Source: Chlorokybus atmophyticus (Eukaryota; Plantae; Mesostigma and Chlorokybus algae). Taken from it: a DNA stretch of 64,000 nucleotides. Position 1 is the first letter of the stretch, and each line of letters opens with the position of its first letter. Below the pieces are notes generated by a model. The model saw only the letters and a program-made list of their open reading frames with translations. It was not told where the DNA came from and searched no databases. Where the stretch lies: contig RHPI01001202.1 in assembly GCA_009103225.1 (NCBI GenBank), positions 305,206 to 369,205 on the forward strand, written 5' to 3'. This document shows positions 36,158 through 46,855 of the stretch, piece by piece. The translations under genes were made by a program, and so were the position numbers.

Positions 36158-37895
36158 ATGAGCAGGACCACCCTGTTCTCTCCAATAGACGAGGGTGACC
36201 TCAACAGCTGGAGCCTAACCTCCAATCTCACATACGAGCGGACCAGCGACGGGAGCAGCGATCGCAGCAGCAGAGGTTCGCACTCTGTCTCCGGCTTCAC
36301 TCCGTTCCGGTCTACTCCTCGTTGTCAAGCTTCCCTACTATCGCCCGACAGCGACAACTACGAGATGGAGTCCTCCAGCTCAACCACATCCCTGCACTTC
36401 TCCGTTCGTGCTGGCACCACCTCGCTTAACGAATTCATCATCAACTTGTATGCCAAGATGCGGCAGCAAGCTCTAAAAAACAAAAACTGGTTAGATGAGA
36501 TTTCTTTCCACATTGCTGCTGACGATCTGGATCATGAAGCACACGATGTCTGAAAGTCTGTTGCTAAACTGCATCGAGTTAATGGCTATGGCGAGCTTGC
36601 CAGCACTATAGCATCTGCATCACTGCACAGTTCAGCAGCCGTCACTCCACCTGCCACTCCAGCTGCAGCCATCGGTTTGTCCATAGCCGCAGCTATCGAG
36701 AGGGCGGAGGAGGAGGAGCCTGAGTTGGTGATCGTCAACCTGACCCTTGCAGGGATTGAGATTAAGATGGTCGCACGGCGGGCCCGGATCTTGGAACGTC
36801 CTGCTGCTATCTTTGAAGAACAACGAGCTGCAGCCGTTGAGGTGGGCACGCCTCTACCTGTACCTCTGGCAACACCTGGCTCTCGTGCGGAAGGCACTAC
36901 TTTCACTTTCAGGTCAGTTGCACGCGCACCAGTCATCACTGTAGGTGCTGCCATCTCTGACTCTCCACTCAAGGACATGTACGTTGCACTTCGTCGCACC
37001 TTCCCACCTCAAACCACTAGTAAAGTGAAGGAGCTGAGATGGTTTCGTCGCAAGCCCTATGAGAACCCTCTACGCCTGTACTCAAGACTGAAAGGGCTGT
37101 TGAAGGACACTGACTACCAGATCGTTAGTGATGAGGCTGCTGCAGTGGTGTATGTCAATGAGTTGGATGCCACCTTCAGCAAGTCGACAAGCCTGACCCT
37201 GAACTACACCAGGCCCCTTGGCTACATGCTCAAGGAAGCCTTTGAGACTGCACAAGCCATCCACAAGCACTTGGTGTATGAGAAGGCAGTGCTGGACACC
37301 AATCGCAACGCCTCACGGCCTGTAGCTAGCACAACTACTTGGCCACCTCGCCGCGAATGTGGCCGGGACGCTCCACCAGCACGCGACAAAAGGAAACGGT
37401 CAGCTCAAACTGCTTTGTCTGCCCCTATGCTCTGTCATCGCCGTGGGCGGCATGGACATTAAAAGGAGTGCACCGAGGAGTACTCAACTTTAATTTGCGA
37501 CCACTGTCACAAGACTAGTCGCTTGAAGTCAGTCTTCTGGCTCAGATTCCCCGAGTTTAGACCTGCCGACAACTACAGCAACAACACTGGAGGCCACAAC
37601 GGCAACAACTCTGGTGGCTACAACAGCAACAACACTGGAGGCCACAACGGCAACAACTCTGGTGGCATCCATAGCAACCACCTCGGAGGCCATAACAACA
37701 ACAAAAAATAGGCCAATGCTCGCAAGGAAGAGCAAGGCTACAGGGGCAAGAATTGTCCTCCTCAGCGTAAGGGACTGCAAGGACGTCCGCGCGCTGCTGC
37801 TGTTGCCGCAAAGGCTGTAGCCAACCCGCCAACTAATGACCATATTGCTGCCCTCATGACGCGTATGGCACGCTTGGAGGAAGACAAGAAGCGTT
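36158..37895 (+). pseudogene. gag of the DNMT-Ty3 element with zinc knuckles and Asn/Gly repeats
   Basis: ELRWFRRKPYENPLRLYSRLKGLL (gag core). Degenerate knuckles LCHRRGRHGH*KEC and ICDHCHKTSRLK. 42-bp repeats encode NNTGGHNGNNSGG (~37579-37690). Confidence 0.75.
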
Positions 37896-40105
37896 AGTAC
37901 CGCGCATGCTACTCTGCCTGATGGGTACCGATGGCTCCAAAGCGCGCGAGAGGCACGAGCACTTTGTCACGCGTTCAACCATCATGACGAGCACAAGGGG
38001 AAGCCGCAACATCGTCAGCAGCTACCTCCTTTGAAGCCATCAATGGTGCTGCTGCAGCAGCAACAGCCACACCGGCTACGACAACTCCGTCAACGTCAAT
38101 AGCAACTACTTCAGTTGCACCAGGAGTTGGTACGTCGGTGGGCACGGTGACGCCAACACTAGTGAGCACAATGGCGACAGCCACTGCTGTTACCGACTCT
38201 GCAGTAACGGATCGCACCGGTCCCGCTCTAGCTATGGGAGCACCTGTGTCAGCGAGCGTTAAGACCACTCTCGCGCCACCAACCGGCACTATCGCAATCA
38301 CTGCCAGTGCCATCATCGAGTCCGCTGCCACTCCAGCGACGCACGCAGCTATGTTGCCTGCCCTTGACGCCACTCAGGCTGTCCCGCGAGGTTAGCAAGT
38401 TGAGCGCGCATGGGAGACCATCATGCGTGGAGCATATCCCACTACCATTGCTTTTGGGCGAGGAGGAGAGTGCGCCACGCGCGTTGAACGCAATGATCGC
38501 GTTTCCCCCTTGCCTGAATAGCACACCCTGTCAGAGCAAACGCAGCGGCAACTAGAGGTTAACATCCTTGCCGGCACGGCGCCTCCCATGCGAGACCGCG
38601 TTTTTGTGGTCAGAACACCTGTTGTGCTGGAGTTGGCCCTGCAGCTGTTCCGGACTTTGCATGACAATATGCAGACCGCGCCACGCCAGCCCGCACAAGT
38701 CCGTCACGACTCTTACGAGCCAAGTCCGCTGAACACGTATCTAGACCGACAACCCAACGTGCAGCAGCACATCAGCAATGCAGCTGACATGCCTTGAGAT
38801 ACCGAAGCACTGAGCACCCTTACAACTCCTCGGCTTCACGAGCGTTACGCCGCTCTAGAACAAGCGTTCACCTGGTGGCAGGATCATACTGCAGCCAGCA
38901 ACGCACGAGCGCAAGCCCTTGCCGCTGCTCGTTGCGTTCCTCAACCAAAAATCGCTAGCCCATTGTCCAGCATGACACCTCTCTTCGTCAACACCAACAT
39001 TGACCAGGCGAGGGCGCTGGCCCAACAAACCTGGGGGTGATGGCCCCGCTGCCACGCGACTTGGTGAAAGATTTGCCTGACGATCAACGAGATCCAGGGA
39101 GAGGCTATCTTACACAACGGGATGGAGCAGGCTTACTTAAAGGATAGCAAGTTCGCAATGTCTTGTTGCGACAAGCAACCATGCTACATCGACAAGAAGG
39201 CATCGGCCTGAGACAAATGATGAGGATGCGAGAAGGTGGCAATACAACGCGAGCGAGACTAGTGACTTGGCTAGTCACCAATCACCCCGCAGTACCTTTG
39301 TCGGCATTTGTCACCAATTTGTGGTTGCATGGTTGGACGCCTTCCTTCGCTCGCTACGGTAAGCCTATGACGAGGTGGCGTCGGCAGCCACTAATACTTT
39401 ACGAGAAGGAGCTCAAGAGGTCATACTGAGGTTGCCATGAGTGGAAGCAGCGTGACGCATCGCGGCTGCTTATGAGCAGCATATCCAACAGTCAAAAATC
39501 TACCTTACTGTGCGTGCACGAGCAACAACGATGCTAGAAGTGGGGGTGGTTAATGACAGATGGGATGCCTACATGGCAGGCATTATAAGGGTTCCCACCA
39601 TCACCCACAACATAATAGCGCGGCTCATGCGCGCAGAGTATTTGCAGCCCATGCCTCAGAACCATTGCTGGGGTGATTTGGTCAGCAATCTAACAGCCAC
39701 ATGGGAAGGTACACTCGTCCGGGAGGCGGCTCATGCTGTACGCTAGACTTACATGGAGGAACATGCTGCACTGGAGGCGGGCCTACACACACCCGGTCCT
39801 ACAGGGTTTCCCCCACAGCTACTGGCCAGGCCGCCAGGTATGACCCCAGCCACACACAGGCGCAATCCCCTGCGCCACAACCAGCGCAGCCACAGGCAGC
39901 ACCGCCAAAACCCAGGCCCCAGCGAGTATACCAACAGCCAAGACCATGGCGGTTCGGGCCAGGCCGCGAACAAGGAGGTTTTTAAGACCCAGCCGGTTGA
40001 GGGGCGCTTGCCGCACCGCGCTCGACATCACCGGAGGAGACTGCCGCAGCAGCCACCTCTCGCAGACACTACCGATGATTCAAGCGTCTGCGCATCAACG
40101 CAGCT

Positions 40106-40430
40106 ATGATCGCCAACGCAGGAAAGCATGTTACCATCAACGGTCAAGCACCCAAGCGCGTGATGCTGGACTCTAAAGCTCGGTTTATCATCATCGGGCG
40201 CTACCTCGCACGCAACCTCAGCATCACCAGCGCTGAGCTGATGCCCTGCTGATACCTGCTCAACACAGCAACCGGCTGATGCGACAAGGTGATTGGCATC
40301 ACCAAGCAGGCCCTCCGCATTTGCTTGACAGGGTTGGACCCTTCCCACAGCACCGAGATCATACAGAAGTGTGTGGTCACCGACGCGCGATTCTTCAACC
40401 TGCTGCTGGGACAAGACTTTAACTTTTTGT
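40106..40430 (+). pseudogene. Retroviral-type aspartic protease (decayed)
   Basis: RVMLDSKA (LDSGA-like) and FNLLLGQDF. Confidence 0.7.
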
Positions 40431-40849
40431 TGGTATGGGGCCGAACTGCAAGACAGAGAGGGCACGGTTGCGTCCCCACTGAGATGAGGAGGATGGAGAG
40501 GTTCTGGGTTACCTACCTCTCGAGCTAGTGGCTCGCACTCGCTCTCACCAAAGGTCAGCTGCAGCAGCCACCTACAGGTCGGTTTCAACAACCACTGACA
40601 GGTCAGCTGCGGTGGTCACCCACAACCCTGATTGAGACTCTCATATACCATACAACGAGTTCCAAGAAGATGCCACTGAAGAAGTGGCCCACTAGAAACC
40701 ATCTGAACGCCGCTGAGGCGCACAGGTGGTCGCAAATCTACTACTGACCAGACCATGGCTCACTGCACGGTTCCCTCTCTACAAAGAAGCTGTAGTCCAA
40801 GAGCAACACCAGGTGGCCACTAGAGTAGTAGAATTTCACGTGTTCCGTC

Positions 40850-41830
40850 GACAACAAGGCATCACTGTGTTGGAACTATTTGGAGCTATAGATAGTAGCC
40901 TCCCCGCTATCCACAACACCGGCGCGACGGTCACCAAGTACTTCTACTGTGACCCTGATCCACACGCATAGATTGCCCTGAGCCACCACTTGCGCCACCT
41001 ACACCAATGCTACCCGCAGCTGCTGGCACTATCGGCACTACAAGGCAGTCAAAAGGCACTGCCACAGGACGTCCACTTAATCACTGCGGATCACCTCCGC
41101 GGAGGGCAACATCGACTTGCTGATAGCAGGATCGTAGTGTCAAGGACACGCCAGAGCAGGCAGAGGCCAAAGACTCGCTGATCCTCGCTCGCGACTGTTC
41201 TGAGAACTGATGCGTGTCATCAAAATCCTGCAGAGCAACCAGCTGTCCAAGCCTCTGGGATACATCATCAACAACGTGCACTCCAAGGACGATAAGCGCC
41301 ATCACGTGGCCAACAGCTTTTGATAGGTGTGTTCCTTGCTGGGGCATCCTCTCAAAATCAACGCAGCGCGTTATGGATCTCGTGCTCATTGCGTCCGCGC
41401 CAAATCGATCAATCTGGCCGCAGTGGAGGATCTCATCGCTGTTGAGCATCTGCATAGCAATCATCCACGCGATCTCACCATCGACACTGTCCTAGACCCT
41501 GGGCACATATCACAACCGATCACAAGACGCGATCACCAGCACTTCTACAAATGCAACCAGCCTGGTCAACCGCGCCTTGCGCTCCAAATTCTGGTGTCGT
41601 ACCCAGGTTCATACGCCTTCCGCAACAAAAGCGACGGCATGGTGTTGGATTCCAACACAAGCCGGCTGGAGAAACCCAATGCTCGTAAGCGCAAATGTGC
41701 CATGGTATTCTGTTCAGCCAATATATTAGGTTCCATGCTGACTGGCAGTCAGTAGTGTCAGTTATTAAGGCGCGCCATGGACTTGAACAGCATGGTGTGG
41801 TGGTTGGACATGTGCTTTGCTCTCCAGGAC
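40850..41830 (+). pseudogene. C5-cytosine DNA methyltransferase domain (DNMT3/DRM-like) within retrotransposon pol
   Basis: Motif I ITVLELFGAI (40861); motif IV IDLLIAGS*CQGHARAG (41111-41161); motif VI YIINNV (41261); motif VIII AARYGSRAHCVR; IX EKPNARKRKCAMVF; X QLLRRAMDLNSM. Confidence 0.85.
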
Positions 41831-42029
41831 CGCCATGTGTTCTTCGAGGAGCTCAAACACTTGGCGGGGGGGGGGNNNNNNNNNNNNNNNNNNNNNNNNN
41901 NNNNNNNNNNNNNNNNNNNNNNNNNNNNNNNNNNNNNNNNNNNNNNNNNNNNNNNNNNNNNNNNNNNNNNNNNNNNNNNNNNNNNNNNNNNNNNNNNNNN
42001 NNNNNNNNNNNGGGGGGCCTAATCGCGTT

Positions 42030-43360
42030 CAAGAGACCAAAGCGGCACACACTGCCCTCGAGATCGCCCACATGAAGAAGCAGGCAGCAGTCACTGTGGA
42101 GGACATTTCAGTGGTCGCCAATGCTACCTCCTGGTCCCATACCATCGGACCGCTATAGGCCAGACACAAGAATATCTCGAGGCTCTCCTCAACAAGTAAA
42201 GAAGCGAGTTCAGCTTTAATGTGAAGGAGCTGGGCAGCTGTTCAGTTTATTAGATCTAATAAACCGGTGTTTCGACGACAATACAGACTTTCCAAGTTGG
42301 AAGAAGACTTGGTGGGGCAGAGTTGCAAGGCTCTATTAGATGCAGGCCTGACCGAGGAGTTCACATCGGATTTGACGGCCGCGACCGTCATGCCCTCGAA
42401 GAAGGATTTTAGCAGGCAACTGAACAGATCGGCGTTTGTGCGGTAACTACCGCCCCCTCAACAACAAGACCAAGCAAGACAGGTATTCAATGCCTATTGT
42501 AGAAGGTATTGTTGATGATGTAAGAGACTGTACAGTATCCTGGACATGCGCCAAGGGTACAACCAGATCGCCAGCAAAGAGGAGGACAAGCACAAGACCT
42601 CTTTCTAGGATAATTGGCAGCTGTACCGGTGAAAGGTTATGCCCTTTTGGTAGAAGACGCTCTTGTCAACTTCCAGCGCGTCATGAACAAAGCCCTTTAG
42701 GGATAAGACTTCGGACGCTGCTACATCGACGACATCCTCATCTTCAGTCGCAGCAATGAGGAGCATTCAAGTACATCGAGGAGGTGCTACAGAGACTGAA
42801 GGAAGTAGGGATGACGGTGCACCCCGACAAGTGCACCTTTTTTACCCACGAGGTTCCTTACCTGGGGCACATGATTGTGCCCCACGGTGTGTATGTACAG
42901 CAGGCCAAGATGGAGGCACTGATGGCCATTCTTGCCTCCACAGATCTCACGCGACTGCGTGCTTTCCTCGGCCTTGCCAACTACTACAGACGGTTTGCCA
43001 AGGACCCCGCGAAGATCGCGCGGCCACTTAACGAGCTGCTGAGGAAAGACACGGAGTTCATATGAAAGGAGGCACAACAAGAGGCCTTCAATGAGCTGAA
43101 GCTCATACTCACCACAGCTCCCATTCTTCAGCGAATGTCTACGACAATCTGTGTGCAGGATGAAAGAGTCATTCACCCTGCACACAGATTGGAGCAAGCT
43201 CGGCATGGGAGCAGTGCTCGTGCAGCACAATGACAACAAGAAGGAGCGCGTAGTGTCGTATGCCAGCTGCAGCAACAACAGCGCTGAGGTCAACTACAGC
43301 AGCTACGAGGGGGAGTGTCTCGCCGCAGTATGGGCCAATTCCTTCTTCCGCCCCTTATAG
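42030..43360 (+). pseudogene. Reverse transcriptase and partial RNase H (truncated before integrase)
   Basis: CGNYRPLN; RCYIDDILIFS (~42716); YLGHMI; FLGLANYYRRF; LHTDWSKLGMGAVL; YSSYEGECLAAVW. Confidence 0.92.
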
Positions 43361-43659
43361 TTTTTTGATCATGCGTCTGTTATCACCGTCAGTATGATAG
43401 ACGGGTTATAATCATTGGTAAGTGAGAGCAAGCTAAGGGACTGGAAGTTGTGCTTGTGCCGTGCTTCATGATACTTTCATAAATAAAGATGGTCACAACG
43501 TATGAATAAGCAGAACCACGCTCCGTGGCATATCCCTCAGTTATGTGATGCGAATGCAATGTGTGCAGTGTTTATGGCGGACAATAGAATTACTTTTGGA
43601 TTTGCTTCACATTCAATTGATACCCTACTATGAACTTCACATTCAACAAGGGTTGTTTC

Positions 43660-45991
43660 TCATGAAGTCCTCACTCCGCACGATAGGTGAAAACCTTTTC
43701 TCTCAACTAAACTGCTGAGTTGTGAGATGCACACTTCAGATGAGACTCAGAAGGTCCTTACCATGCTTGTGAAGTAGCATTTCAAATCGGGCGCTCTTTC
43801 CTTGCTCTGTCTGCAATTGCGACTTGAGGTTTGCAATAGCTCGTTGTTTCTTATCTATGGTCTGTTGGACACGCTGCAGCACACCATCTAGCTCTTGAGC
43901 CTGTCCACAAGAAGCACAAGTTCAGTGCAAAAGGTGGTAAAGAACAATACCCTTGCCAGTTGAGTTGTGAGTACTTGTACCACTCATCGACAACCGTCTC
44001 ACCTGACTGGCTTGGAAGGCTTGCACCTCACATTGTCGTCCGGCACTTCGAGTGCATTCCGTCTTCAATGCGCAATCGAGCTGCCGCACATTTTCTTGCA
44101 AGCTTGCTAATAGTAAGTCTTTGTCACTTAGCTGCTGGGCATGCGCTCTGACCAATATTTCAGCTTCACGTTTCTGCAGTCCTCGGCAAGCGTCACCAAC
44201 CATACAATAACTTCGTAGCTGTGTCCCCCCCCCCCCCCNNNNNNNNNNNNNNNNNNNNNNNNNNNNNNNNNNNNNNNNNNNNNNNNNNNNNNNNNNNNNN
44301 NNNNNNNNNNNNNNNNNNNNNNNNNNNNNNNNNNNNNNNNNNNNNNNNNNNNNNNNNNNNNNNNNNNNNNNNNNNNNNNNNNNNNNNNNNNNNNNNNNNN
44401 NNNNNNNNNNNNNNNNNNNNNNNNNNNNNNNNNNNNNNNNNNNNNNNNNNNNNNNNNNNNNNNNNNNNNNNNNNNNNNNNNNNNNNNNNNNNNNNNNNNN
44501 NNNNNNNNNNCCCCCCCCGCGCCCCGCGCGTGGGCGCATATGTTTGCCAAAGTCGCTTATGTAACATGTAACAAACACACAAACATTGACTGTCTTCTGA
44601 CAAATGCTCGCAAATCGTATGCAAAGCGCCTGGAAAAAGGTTGCATGGACGCAATGACCATGCAACCAATGCAAGTAATCATGGCAAGACAGGCCTCTGA
44701 GGTGACATGTGAGCCACTTCAACGGCACAAGCTGGCAGGCAAGAAAACATAGTTTTGCAGCAGCATCCGTAGTTGGCTCGCTAGGTACAGAACTTCCTCA
44801 ATGCTAACCTGCGCTTGCAGTGCAGTTATCTGGTCCGCAATCTGCCCTTCGGCTTCTTGCAGGCGCCACTGCATCTTTTCTGCAGCACCTGCCACCGAAG
44901 TGCACCGTTCCTTCCATCCTTGCTCTGCAAGAAACAGCTGCAGCAGTACCCCAACAATTAATGACTACGCTCAGAAACACTGGACATGCAGCATTGCAAG
45001 TGCGCACCTCCTTGCAGTGCGCAGCATGCTCAGCACGCAACTGCTCGAGCTCGGTTGCATGACGCAATACCAACTCCTCCCCGGTGCTGCTGAGGGCTTG
45101 TGCATGCGCTTCTGCCTGTTCAAACCTTGCTTGCAACGCTTCAACCTGCTCACATTACCAGAACCTGACAACTTGCTTGCGACACACTTGTGAGAGGCTT
45201 GGTGATCACAATCAACAATGCATGCTGGTTGCAACGGCCAGACTTTTGTCTGCGCAACAGTGCTTGCTGCGCACCTGAAGACGGTGCTGAGCTTCCAACT
45301 CAGTGCCAGACTGTTGCGCTTGAGCCTCAAGCTGCTTTATGCGAGCAGTGAGACGTTCCACACGAGCATCGCATGCCTTCTTGTCCTTGGCGTGCTCAAC
45401 CCGCAGCTTGGCTGCACGCTCTCCAGCTTCTGCCAATGCCTGAGTTTTGCAACATGCATGGGCATGAGAAGCTGAGCTGAATGTAATACTGTCAACAGTT
45501 TGTGTTGCATTGGGATGCATGGCAGCTTCTGGGACGGAAACAGCTACGAACCTAAGGCTGCGCTTTGCGTTGCCTTTGAAGAAACAGCCAACTGATGTAC
45601 GTGCCTATTGACAGCTAGGGCACCAATAACTTCACTTAAAGCCGACCAGACACCATATCAGATGTGTTGCTAAAGCACCACTTCGCACTAGTGTTTAACA
45701 TTCATGCGAGCGCACCTGGCGCAAAGCAGCGGCAGTCTGCTCGTGTGCGTCCTTCTGCTCTGTCAGAGCCTGCTTCAGCTGCTCGACTGTGGTTGCCTCC
45801 ACAGCAGCTGCAGCCTACAAGATACAATTGATGTTGGCAGATGGCTTGACACGCCAGCTAAAAAAACAGCTTAAACAATATGGCAGCACAATCAGGATTA
45901 GCACCTGGCGAGCAGAGCTGGCCTCCTTCTGCTCCTGCTTCAGCGCCGTCACCCGCCTCTTCAACACCTCGTACTCCTCTACGCCTGTCAT
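43660..45991 (-). CDS. Multi-exon coiled-coil protein of unknown family (contains an assembly gap; ends uncertain)
   Basis: GT-AG-bounded heptad-rich exons: MTGVEEYEVLKRRVTALKQEQKEASSARQ; ALAEAGERAAKLRVEHAKDKKACDARVERL; LEQLRAEHAAHCKE; LQKREAEILVRAHAQQLSDK; AQELDGVLQRVQQTIDKKQRAIANLKSQLQ. Confidence 0.6.
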
Positions 45992-46855
45992 CTCCTCCTT
46001 CTCGCTTTCTCGCTTCCTCCTCCTCCTCCTGCTCCTCCTCCCCGTGAACCTCCTCCTCCGCAACAACTGTCTCACTGCTTGGCAACCCCACGTGTTGCTT
46101 GCGCAAGTGACGCACTGTGCGTCACGCACAGCAAGTGCGTTCTGCGTCGCGCGAAACGACAGGACAAAACAGCAAGTTTGTGTGAAAATTCAAGCATGCA
46201 AGACGTACCCGCCCTAATACTTGTGCTGGTAGGAGGGCGGCGATGGCGATGGCGGTGGCGGTGGCGGTGGATGGCCATGCGCTGGAGGGTCAATGAGAGC
46301 AACTGGTTGGTGCAGCTCGGCGCTTGCGGTCAGGCGAGGGCAAGGTCAGTGCTTTACAGGCCTTTCGCTGCAGCTTGGCCATCGTGGCATGGGCGCTCTG
46401 TAGCGCGGCACTGGAATTTTCTTCTTGAGGCAATTTCATGCTGTCGGCAGGTTATGAATAGTACACACAAGAAGCACTTAGGTGCAACATATTGCGTCCA
46501 CTCACTCTGTTTGTGCTCTCGGACATTGCAAAGCGGGTGCAAACTGGTGAAGAAAATATGGCACGCATTCAGTAGGGATCAGCGTTTTTGCGGCTAATAC
46601 CTACGTTGGCTGTTTGCCAAATATATATTCGGTCAGCAGCCTGCTACCAACTGTTCAATATGATTGCTTTGTGTGCGAAAACGCATATACAAGCAAGGAG
46701 CTCGTCATGTGTGTGTATTCCTGTACGCGGTTGGTTCACGTTGTGCTAGTTGCTGTATTCTCAAACATTGCTGGTAAAAACATGCCTCCATTGAGCATGT
46801 TGACAGCAGCTAGGGTTGAGACGGTCAATCACGTTTCGTGCAATGCTCTGCAGGC

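Larger units (their letters stand above)
33626..43360 (+). mobile_element. 3'-truncated, decayed Ty3/gypsy element carrying a C5-cytosine methyltransferase (gag-unknown-PR-DNMT-RT-RH); possible LTR ~33626-35651 hosts the TRIM
   Basis: Domain motifs are listed in the sub-features. The candidate LTR has TGTCA...TGACA ends, but no second LTR, canonical PBS or integrase was found, so the boundaries are uncertain. Confidence 0.8.
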
